A stretch of 64,000 bases of DNA from Podarcis cretensis. Its lineage: Eukaryota. The translations under genes were made by a program, and so were the position numbers. Shown one piece after another: positions 53,712 to 64,000 of this stretch. Location: positions 101,122,001 through 101,186,000 of the forward strand of contig OX638152.1 in the NCBI GenBank assembly GCA_951804945.1, in the 5' to 3' direction. Every line of letters starts with the position of its first letter. Position 1 is the first letter of the stretch. The notes below the pieces were generated by a model that ran no database searches, had not been told where the DNA came from, and worked only from the letters and a program-made list of their open reading frames with translations.

Positions 53712-55934
53712 TGTTTACTGTCCTTAGAAGGCTTGGAAATTTCTGTTTTCTAAAGGAGGATCAGTAGCGAACTGACACGGTGCTGTCACAACCTAATCCT
53801 GCCTTAAATTTATGTCAACAAATTTTCAAAGGCTTCTGCAGAAACAGGATGCTGTATTTTCCACTTGCTCTTTGCAACTGTTTTGCTTGTTGTAACAAAA
53901 AACTGAACAATAACTATCAAAATTTATAGATATTTCACTAGATAGATGATAGATAGATAGATATTTCACAATGTCCACTGGGGGTTCAGTTTTTCTGCTA
54001 GCTATTATGATTGGTTTAATTGCACAGCAGAGCTACATCCATGTTGCTTTGATGTCTGCATTGCAACATAGCACACTCAGAGCACTACTCGGGTCTCCTC
54101 CCTAGGGAGTAAGGGTGTTCATGACTGCAGCCACAAGAGTGCTTTCGCAAAGCCAAGGACCTTCCCTCATCGGAGGCTTACAATGCAACCTCTATAGATG
54201 TCCAACCCAGAAGGAAGCCCCAACTGAGTTCACCTAGCTGGGAGCAAGCAGGAATGTCTAGGACTGCCCTCTTTCCAAAGCCCTTGGTGCTTCAAGTCGT
54301 TTGTGCCGCAAATGCAAACCCTGCTTTGGACAGAATGCTAGTTTGCTTTACGAACGACTTTCTGCCACATTCATAACTACCCTGTGTTAACCTAAGCAGC
54401 GAGAGAAGGGCTCAAAGGTGATTTAAGCCTCATACACGAAAACACTCTGAATGTTTTCATTACATCAATTACTGCTATTTTGTGTTCATTAGATCAATTA
54501 CAGCTATTTAGATGTAAATGTCTTAAATTAGGATTAACAACTCTGCCACTCTCTCTCTCTCCTTCGCTCCTTCTCCCTTTAGAGAAGGGAAGGATAATGG
54601 AGATAAAACTGTAGCCTGCCAGAGCCTGGCTCCAAGTGAGCCGCCATAAGTAAACTGAGCTACGCGGAAGGGGACATTCCTCCAGGTGAGGCCCCCGAAT
54701 GAGCTGTGCAGGAGGGGAAATGCTAGCAGGTGTAACTTGTTGGTGAGAAGGGGTTAAAACTTTGCAGTGCCTGCATACAAAACTATGATACAGCCACACT
54801 TGGAGTACTATGTGCAGTATAGATATCAAAACGGATATTGTAGAGCTGAAAAAGCTGCCAAAGTGATCAGAACATGTAAGGGGGTTACATAACAGAGCTG
54901 TGTAAAATGATGCACTGTGTAGAGCAAATGGATTGGGAGGAATCCCCCTCCCCCATAATATTAGAAGATGGGGCCCGTCTACTGAAGGCAAGTGTTGGAA
55001 AATTCAGGAGAGACAAAGGGAAGTAGTTATTCGGTCAACATATAATTAAACTATGAGATTCACCTCTGCAAAATCAGGATGATGGCCGCCAACTTAGGCC
55101 CTTGTCCTGACCCACCACAGCTCTTCTTACGTTCTTGCATAGTGAGGTCTGCCATCGTCAATCTGTGATACATCCCCAGGACCAGAAAAGCCTCAATAAC
55201 ACAAAGCATGTGTGCAGTGGTGAAGTTGACCTTGGACTGATTCACTTCAGATTCCAGGTGAAGCGACCGCCTGCCTGCCTGCTCCAGTATACTCAAAAAT
55301 ACCTCCCTGCTCATGGAAAACCAGGTGTCATACAGACAATTAATAGACCTGCCTTTACCCAGCTCCTTCCCGACCAGCTGCCCGAACATCTACTGATCAC
55401 TCAAACCATTCCATCATTTCTCTGGGCTTCCCCTTATGCCTGCAACATCAGGGGTAGACTAACTGGTACCTTCTAGAGATTGCTGGACACTGTCTCTCAT
55501 CATTCCTAGCCGGCATGGACAATGGTCAGGGCTGAATCTAATTGTAGTTCAGCAATATCTTGAGAACCCTGTGTTGGCTGTCCATCCAACATGGCTCCAC
55601 TCTCTTTCCTTTCAAAGGACTCCTCAAAACCTACCTTTTCCATGAACCCTTCAATTCAATTCTCTAGTCCCCATGCCTTGCTGTAACTAAGCCCAAATAG
55701 ATGTCACTGCAATAACCTATATTCCTTCCTTGTTTGTTAGCGAATGGGGGGGGGGGGTTGTTTTCAAGGTCTGCACCCTTCAAAACACTTTATGACCCAG
55801 GACAGTTTACTATACAAATGAAAAACAACAAAATATAGGTTTTTTGAAACACTTGATAGAATGATAGAGTGAGGTGCACAATAAAATTGTCAGTGGTAAA
55901 ATAGTTACTTAAGTAGCTTAGGAGAATAGAAATA

Positions 55935-56184
55935 CAGTCGTACCTTGAAAGTCAAACAGAATCCATTCTGGAAGTCTGTTCAACTTCCAAAACTTTCGGA
56001 AACCAAAGTGTGGCTTCTGATTGGCTGCAGGAAGCTCCTGCAGCCAATCGGAAGCCGCGGAAGCCCCGCCGGACGTTCGGGTTCCAAAGAACGTTTGCAA
56101 ACCGGAACACTCGCTTCCAGGTTTGCGGCGTTCGGGAGCCAAAACATCTGAGTACCAAGGTGTTCGGGCTCCAAGGTACGACTG
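55935..56184. mobile_element. Tc1/mariner MITE, family M3
   Basis: Perfect 13-bp TIR cagtcgtaccttg, TA TSDs, internal palindrome gattggctgcagg..cctgcagccaatc. Confidence 0.92.
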
Positions 56185-57784
56185 TACTCTAAAGGCAACA
56201 GACATAGCAGAGTAGGTGCCTGATACCCTTCGATGGAAGATAGCTCTTTCTTCCTGGTCAGCTCCCAGCTTACCTCTGCTGGTGGACATACCTGGGGACC
56301 TCAGCAGCTTGCCAAGCTGATGAGGATGCAGAAGTTTAAGGTGCTGGGAATCCAAGCCAAAGGCATTAAAGGTTAGAACCAGCACTTTGAATTGGACTTG
56401 GAAATGAACTGATAGCCTGGGCATCGCTTCCATAGCTGGCAAGGCCGGTTCGCGGAAGGCTCTTTATCCCAGTTGCCACTTCCCAGCCCTTCCTCTCTCG
56501 TCTCCTTGTGTTGAACTATAGAGCCTAAGCCCCTCTCTGGGCAGGAATCTGTTCTCTTGTACCTGTAAAGCACCATGTGCAATGGCGACACTCTTCTGAC
56601 AATGATATTCAGGAAGTTGTGTTTCGTTTCACTTGGAAGAACTCAACCAGCTGACCCGCCTCTCCTCAAACTCACTACCCGCACAATCTTACAGCGCAAA
56701 GTAGCACAGTCCGGCAACAGAGGCTTTCTTATCAGAATGGCTATGGTTTTCTCTGTCTACCTAGATGCTTTCTTGGCTCCAGACTTAGCCATGTTTAGCA
56801 CCATGTTTGAAACCAAGGGGATATAAGTTAGTTGTTTGTGACTAATATATTCCATTGATTTCAGTGGGTCTAAGCATGACTAAGTCTGGGTCACACCCAT
56901 TGTTTGCTAAGTTCTTTATCAACGCTACACGGATCTTTGAATAGCAACCCTCTTTAAGTTCCTCCCGGAAAGTTCCGATATTTGCAATTAAGTTGTTATC
57001 TTTTTCTGTTTGGCTGCGACTTATGAAGCATCACAATTCACTTAAAGACGCCCTCTCTGTTTTGCATTCCCTCTTGTGAGATCTAGAAGTTTGATAGGGT
57101 GACCAGTTGTTCATCCCTCTGTTGCCGTCTGAACTCCTTATGATGCTCCCAGCAGACGTGTGTTTTATGGCACCCACAAAGCACAAAGGGTACAGGGCAA
57201 CCTGATAAGAAAAAGGACAAAGTGACTACTTTTTATTGACTGCCTGTTGAAATATCCATTGTCCTTTATAGGCTGGCTCAATGCGTAATCAGTAGACATG
57301 GGATACAGCTAAGAAAATCCTTAAACAGACTAAGCTTCCCAGAAACACAAACTATTTGCTCGGCGTCTTTACTGTGGCCTTAGTCTTGGTCAATAATATC
57401 TCTGTTTACCTTGATGATTATCAGAGCCCTTTGGCTAGTTAATGCCTCTTAGGAATTTAGCCAGTAAATTGCTGAATTGGTCCACAGTGCTGGGATTAAG
57501 GGTATCTTTGTGGCTGATTTGACATCTGGCTCACCACAGACTCCTCTCCTTGCAAACATTAATTATGAAAGCCTTGTGCAGGAACCTGAGATGAACAGAA
57601 CACCATAAGAAGAAGTCAAAAACCCATCTAGTCCTGCATTTTTTTTCTAGGAGTGGTCAATCTGACAGCCATGGAAAGGCCATAAGCAGAACAGGAGAGC
57701 AACTGCACTCATCTCCCCCGATAATGAAGGGGAAAGCCACCATGCCAAATCATGATATTCATATGCAGAAGCAAAGAAAGAAAA

Positions 57785-57860
57785 AACACTTGTGGCATCT
57801 TCATGATTAAACAGGAACTGCCACCAATCTGTTAGTCTTTAGGGTGCCACAAGGCTCTTC
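57785..57860. mobile_element. Remnant of a Penelope-associated inverted-repeat element
   Basis: cttgtggca ... tgttagtctttagggtgccacaag; the complementary arm type is also at ~20950-21000. Family assignment from recall. Confidence 0.45.
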
Positions 57861-58685
57861 GTTGCTTTGAATCATCTGCCCCTTTGGAAATTCATGTCCA
57901 GAGATGTAATTTGGCAGCTTTTGCTTTCTTCTTTGTTACAAGAGACTTAACCCTGCTCTTGGAACAGGGCTCCAGTTGTGGAAAAGTACAAAAATACTGG
58001 AAAGAATTCTGCTCTCCGTGGTTGACTCCTTCTCACACAACTTTTCCACCGCTTTCCCCACCCACCTTTTAATCCATGTGAAGATACTGAGGATAACTGA
58101 AATTACTTCAGTTTTTTTAATCAGACATCACTGTCAAATATTTTCTAGTGAGAAATCCTTTTAAGATGTTTACTGTGTTATGACTGGACATTCATATTTT
58201 GGGCCAAATTAAGCTTACAGTTATTAATATTAATCTGTAGTGCTTTGTGGGATATGAAAGTCTGCCCAATGCTTGCCTCGTTTATTATTGTTGTTGTCGT
58301 TATTTAAATTTGTCAATTGCCTTTATCTTGCCCAGGGCAATCCAAAGCAGCTTACAACCAAATAAACGGAGAATAAACCCCACATAGGTACATTAAAACC
58401 AAGAGGATAGAGAAATACATTAAAAACATCCCACGATTCCCACCTACTTCTAAAAGGCCACAGATAGATAGAGGCCAAAGGCCTGGTTATAGAGGGAAGT
58501 TTCTGCCCGGCACCAAAAGATGAATATTGTTATCCTTACAACAGCCTTGTGAGGCAGATTAAGCTGAGAGAATGTGACCTTAGTGGTTGAGAAACTCCAT
58601 GCACCTGCTGCTAGGACTGGTTTATCAGACTGGTTAGCTGAGAAATAAACAGATGCCAATTTAAAAACAAGCTTACTGTATAAAT

Positions 58686-58808
58686 CAGGCATAGGAAAAC
58701 TAGGCTCTCCATATGTTTTGGGACTACACTTCCCATTATCCCTGTTAGCTAGGGATGATGGGAGTTGTAGTCCCAAAACATCTGGAGGGCCGAGTTTGCC
58801 TATGCCTG
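58686..58808. mobile_element. Palindromic hAT MITE
   Basis: caggcatagg/cctatgcctg TIRs, whole-body fold-back, 6/8 TSD. Older relatives at ~27950-28075, ~55448-55590 and ~61140-61278. Confidence 0.88.
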
Positions 58809-58919
58809 ATTTAAATATATCTGAGTTCTAAGCAAGAGCAGGGCTAAATGTTGAAAATATCAGTTAGGAAGGTGCTTCCACTTCTGATTCTCCATAGGCC
58901 AGTTATACGGGAAATGGTA

Positions 58920-59683
58920 TCATCATCAATGAGGGCACAGATGACCTGACACCCACCATCAGCGCAGGCAGGGCCATGCCCTGTCCTGCACTGGTTGGTT
59001 GCTCATTTAATCACCCTAGTATTAGGCCCAATTGGGTGGGGAGGTGGGAGGTGGCAAGGGAGTAAGATATAAGCCTCTGCACAATGTAGCTCCTTCACTT
59101 TCGCCTCGTGCAGCGGATCACCCTCCCTCCCTTCTTTATTTGGTAGGTTGTGTTTGACCTTGCTATGGACGTTGTTGGTCATCTGCCTTGTGGCAGGGGC
59201 CTGGTAGGATTTTTTTCCCATTTGGCTGATTGGCATGGGCCATTTGGTTTTTGCCTACCTCATAGCAATCGTCACAGTTTTGTAAGGTTTGGCGGTTAGG
59301 GATTGGATCAGCAAGCGGTGGGGGACGGGAGGTGTGGCCATCACTAGCCCCTCCATGCAGATAGGGTATTCCGTTAAAGGAATCCAGGGGTTGTCCGAAG
59401 CCCATGGAGGGATAGGGCCATGCCAAGACCCCGAGGGAACCACACTCGGGTGAGCTGAAGACGACTGCCATTGTTCGAGTTCCCCCTGCTGGTGGTTCAC
59501 CCTTAACAGACTCCTACAAGGGAGGCAGGAGTCTGGTTTAGTACGGATGCCAATGCCTAAGCCAATACCACTCACATTCTTTATTCAATAAAGTTGTGGT
59601 CTAAATTTTGCCCATTAACTTAAACTTAAATTATGTCTCACTGTGTCATTGTTTCAGGGGCTGGGTGGTCTTGACACGCAACA
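58920..59683 (+). mobile_element. Solo terminal repeat (copy C) of an LTR-like or Ngaro/DIRS-type retroelement
   Basis: TATA-like gatataag ~59066, AATAAA 59587-59592, homology to copies A and B. Confidence 0.65.
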
Positions 59684-61500
59684 CAGGAAGATAGGAAGCT
59701 GCCTCATATTGCGTCAGACCATTGGTCCAGTTAACTCAGTATTGTCTATCCGGCCTGGCAAGGAGATGCTCGAGAGTCGACCCTGGGACCTTCTGCAAGC
59801 AAAGCCGATGCTCCACAATCGAGCTGTGGCCCTTCTCCCTTCACTTCTATTCAGCGGAGCTTTGTTCAAACTGCTAAAAGAGAAAGGCTGGTGTTTGTAT
59901 TGATTGGTTGTGATACATTAGTTGTGCTTTAGCTTAGTCCTGATAAGAAGAAAGAAAGTCAAATAAATAAAGTTTGCGATTCTAATTTTTGCAAATGTTA
60001 TTATTTTTGGACTAGCCCTACAAACAATTACGCCAGAAGCAACAAACCATACAGATTTACATCATTCCACTATTTGTCATTCCAAAAAGCATCTGATGCC
60101 TCTCTCTTTCTGCCGACCTGGTCATGAGTGAGTTGACTTTGCTACCATTCAGGCCGATGATAGTTTGGAATCCTACAGCCATTATTCAACTGACCAGTCC
60201 TGTGGACTTCAATTATTCATCACTCATTGACTTCATTAGTGCTGCTTATTTAGAAGAACAGATTAATAACAGAGACTTGAATATTGTTTGTTTAAGTGTG
60301 TGTACACCCTCCCCTGCAACCCTGCCGCCAGCACACAGATAGCCATTTAGTAAAACACTGAAAATCAATGTTGAAATGGAGAAAAAAAACCATGCTAATA
60401 AGCAAGTTGTATATTTATAATGCAATTATCTGACCTCTTAGAAGGCATATAATTTAATGTGGTTATAGTGCACCATATATCTTGCAGTGACTGGAATGGA
60501 AGCTGTCCTTGGTGAGTAAGTGCTTATTGGCCCAAAAGAGAGGGGCAAAAAGGCAAATTTGTAAAGGAACATTGTGCACAACGATTAACAGGAAATGAAA
60601 ATGAATGAAGTGGCAGAATTTGGACAAAGATGAAGTTCCCCTTCAGCTGATTGGGTATATATATATATATATACTGCAGATACATTTGATGTAGAATGTC
60701 AACTCACAGATGGAGTTGAGCCAGATGATCCATTGGTGATCTTGCTGCTCTATGGTCTGTGAAGAGCTCTAGGGTTGTGAGCAGAAGAAGGGTGCTGTAA
60801 TCCCAGGCACACTTGCTAGGCAATAAGTGTCATTTAGCTCAAAGGGACTTACTACTGAGCATACAGTCTTGTCACCACAGGCCTATAATAACTCTACGTC
60901 TCGTCACCTGTTTTTCAATTCCAGGACTTCGCTCTAAAAGCAATGAAAACCTTAAGGAAGAAATCCCCATTACTATTGTGGTATCGTCAAAAGAATACAG
61001 GAAATTTCAGTTACCATAGCAGTGAGGAGCTGAGATGTTCTGCCAAATTAAAATCAGCAGGCTTCCTTAAGAAAAAAAGAGAATTACTATTAAACTACTT
61101 TAAGTATATTAAAAGAGGTTTTTGGAGACGCTATATGCCAGGAAAGAGGAACCTGTCATCCTCCAGATGTAGTTGGGATACAACTCCATCACTGTTGACC
61201 ATTGGCCATGCTGCAGGTGGCAAATGCGGATGGAGAAGTCCAAAGTATTTGGGGAGGCACAGAATCCCCACCCTTGATATAAAGGGACCAGAGCTTTTTT
61301 CAGCCAGAACGTACCAGAATTCAGTTCCTGCACCTCTCAGGTGAGTGCCATTGTCATTAGAAGAGAACAAGGGAGGCATTCATGGTGAGTTATGGCACTT
61401 CTTTTTCTAGAGTAAAAACAGTCAATATTTGTTCTGCATTTTCTAATGCTAATGTATAATGTCAATATGTCCATTTTGGTGATGAACCAACCTTGATTTA

Positions 61501-61759
61501 CCGTATTTTTTGCTCTTTAAGACTCACTTTTTCCCTCCTAAGAAGTAAGGGGAAATGTGTGTGCGTCTTATGGAGTGAATGCAGGCTGCACAGCTATCCC
61601 AGAAGCCAGAACAGCAAGAGGGATCACTGCTTTCACTGCGCAGCAATCCCTCTTGCTGTTCTGGCTTCTGAGATTCAGAATATTTTTTTTCTTGTTTTCC
61701 TCCTCCAAAAACTAGGTGCGTCTTGTGGTCTGGTGCGTCTTATAGAGCGAAAAATACGG
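61501..61759. mobile_element. Tc1/mariner (Tc2/pogo-like) MITE
   Basis: TIR ccgtatttttYgctctWtaagac, TA TSDs. Confidence 0.9.
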
Positions 61760-62188
61760 TAATCACTCGATTTGTACATTTGTCATGCATGCTGCCTTTC
61801 TCCCGCAATTGAGGGGGCCCGGGCCGCACAATATTAGCGTACCCTGTAGCGTGTACACATGTCAGCATGCCCTGTAGCACGCTTGAGCCATGAATGGGCA
61901 CCCTCTGCAGCATGCTGACATCTCTCACACACGCTGCAGGGAAAGCTGATGTGGCATGCGAACGTCCCACAGCTCACACATCTGACGTGAGCTCACCCAG
62001 CGGTGTGCATGCACAGCTGTTGCAGAACTTGGGGGGGGGGCTTCACTGTATTTTTTGGGAGGGGAGGCAGCCCCTGCCCTCCCCACTCAGCACACATGAC
62101 ATTTGTGGATCTGTTCAGGTCGAATTGGTTTAGAGTCTAAGTGTGCTGAGAAAACAGCTGATACTGAACATAAGTTCTTTGTCTAGGA

Positions 62189-62374
62189 CAGGGGTAGTCA
62201 ACCTTTTTATACCTACCACCCACTAATGCATCTTTCTTGATAGTAAAATTTCCTTACCACCCACCAGCGCTCAATGGAAAGAGGATTCAGCTTGTGCCGT
62301 AGAACCCCCTACCACCCACCAAGAATCCTGAAACACCCACTAGTGGGCGGTAGGGACCAGGTTGACAACCCCGG
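62189..62374. mobile_element. hAT MITE
   Basis: caggggtagtcaacc/ggttgacaaccccgg TIRs; TSD gtctagga/gcctagga. Confidence 0.9.
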
Positions 62375-63001
62375 GCCTAGGACCTGATTTTAGATGCTAG
62401 ATTACATTTTTGTGTGTTTTTATTTATACCTTCTTGTAAGATGGCAGTACATATTCAAGTACTTACCAGAAATAGTTGGAAATTGTGCTGTTGTTGTTTT
62501 CCAAATTGGATGCAAGTGATTGTTGTGCTTGACACGCACGCTGTTATTTGCAGTTTATTAACCAACAACCAAAGAGATGGCAGCCTGAACCATTGTGGCC
62601 CATTGCACACAATGTCTTTGATTGTGGTGTAAAAAGTTACAGGACTTACAGAGTAATGCACAGATTGGAAGTGAAGCGGTGTGGCCGTTCTGAAATGTTT
62701 GTAGGCAGAAACAGTATTGAACGTGGGATCACACATGCCTGCCTCAGTAGCATCCAGAGCACAAATCATTATGTGTAATAAACAGGATATCGTGCATAAA
62801 ACACTCCATTCAATAGCACATGCAGCACATACTGCAAGGACAAGAACCTGCATAAATAGGATTACGATTCTTTACATGGCTGCTCAGAATTCAAGTGGTA
62901 AAAGTACTGGATTACAGCCTCCACCATTGCTTTTGGTAGGGAACCAGAAAGACCACTTCACAAACCTGCTGCCTGTTTGGGGCATCTGTTTGTAACCGAG
63001 G

Positions 63002-63657
63002 ATTCTTTGGCGATCACTCGTAGCCAAGTAAGATTGTCTGCCATAAACACAGTTTTAACAATGAGTCCATAAGTGACTATGGAGGCCAATTCTGGATCCA
63101 CACGTCCTTCCACAGTAGGGACATTGGTTTCCGGGTGGGAGTTGATCACAGTGTAGATTTGCCAAGCGTGCCTTCCTCTTAGCACGTTTCTCCCTTGCGT
63201 CCTGAGTTTGAGTGTCTTCGAAGCCCATGACACCTTTGGTAAAGGCTGTTCTCCAACTGGAGCGCTTGCAGGCCAGTGTTTCCCAGTTGTCAGTCTTCAT
63301 ACTACATTTTTTTTAGATTTGCCTTGAGAAAAACCTCTTTTGTTGACCACCAGCATTACTTACACTTACCATTCTTAAATTGGGAATAGACTAGTGGCTT
63401 TGGAAGAGGATCATCAGGCATCCGCACAACATGACCAGTCCAACGAAGTTGATGTTGAAGAATCACTGCTTCAACACTGGTGATCTTTCTTCTTCTAGTA
63501 CTGGTATTAGTTCGCCTGTCTTCCCAAGTGATGTGTAAAATTTTTCGGAGACACCGTTGATGGAATCTTTCGAGGAGTTGGAGATGGTGTTTATAAGTGG
63601 TCCATGTTTCACAAGCGTATATTAAGGTTGGCAGTAGAATAGCTTTGTAAATAAGCA
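63002..63657 (-). mobile_element. RTE-clade LINE 3' fragment
   Basis: YACETWTTY..FHQRCLRKIL..QLRWTGHVVRM..WETLA..RSSWR and a C-terminal CPYCGRTCGSRIGLHSHLWTH zinc finger; frameshifted. Confidence 0.92.
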
Positions 63658-64000
63658 GCTGTGGCTACAGAATCAGATGACCAAGGCTACGCGCAGCTTC
63701 CTGCCTTGGAGCTGAGGAGTCTCATGTTGTGAATCAATATGGAGCCAGCCAATACAATTCTGTCTTTATAGGCCACTTACCTGCCCTAAACTGTGTGAAA
63801 GCATATATATGCACATATATGAATGAATCTTGTTCAGCAGCGGGGATTATTAGATCTGAATAAATCTTTAAGCTGTTCATGCACAACTCAAACTTATTTT
63901 TCTTTCCCTCCTTTTCTTCTAGGCCTCTGAAAAACTGGAAGCTGGGCCGTTTTAGCTGCCTGGTTCTAATTGTGAATCTTCATGCCTGCACTGGGATGGT

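Noticed and set aside
60925-60980. Exon after tttttcaattccag
   Set aside because: Donor (gtatcg) is poor and no frame gives a recognisable peptide.
61840-61862. Bona fide mir-10 gene
   Set aside because: Match ends after 10 nt, no miR-10 star arm, and no Hox genes in the window.

Overview
Vertebrate non-coding DNA from a squamate, most likely a lacertid lizard, judged from the Sauria SINE subfamilies and MITE repertoire. No host protein-coding exon could be identified with confidence, so the window looks like a large intron or gene desert. It is dense in transposable elements: 4 Sauria SINEs, CR1/L1/L2/RTE LINE fragments, a ~2.06 kb ORF1-only (HAL1-like) L1 derivative, a decayed Ngaro/DIRS-type tyrosine-recombinase element, solo LTR-like repeats, and Tc1/mariner and hAT MITEs. 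It also has microsatellites and one 162-nt assembly gap. Almost all ORFs in the supplied track are spurious or TE-derived. Main observations: (1) a U2 snRNA 5' fragment written into the target-site duplication of the HAL1-like element; (2) a CR1 insertion carrying a 172-bp inverted copy of nearby DNA plus a re-copied target site, all inside a MITE; (3) three divergent terminal repeats that keep a covarying hairpin and a long-range helix; (4) an unexplained ~100-nt strand-polarised hairpin within a GCAUG cluster. Family names come from recalled consensus motifs; no database search was run.
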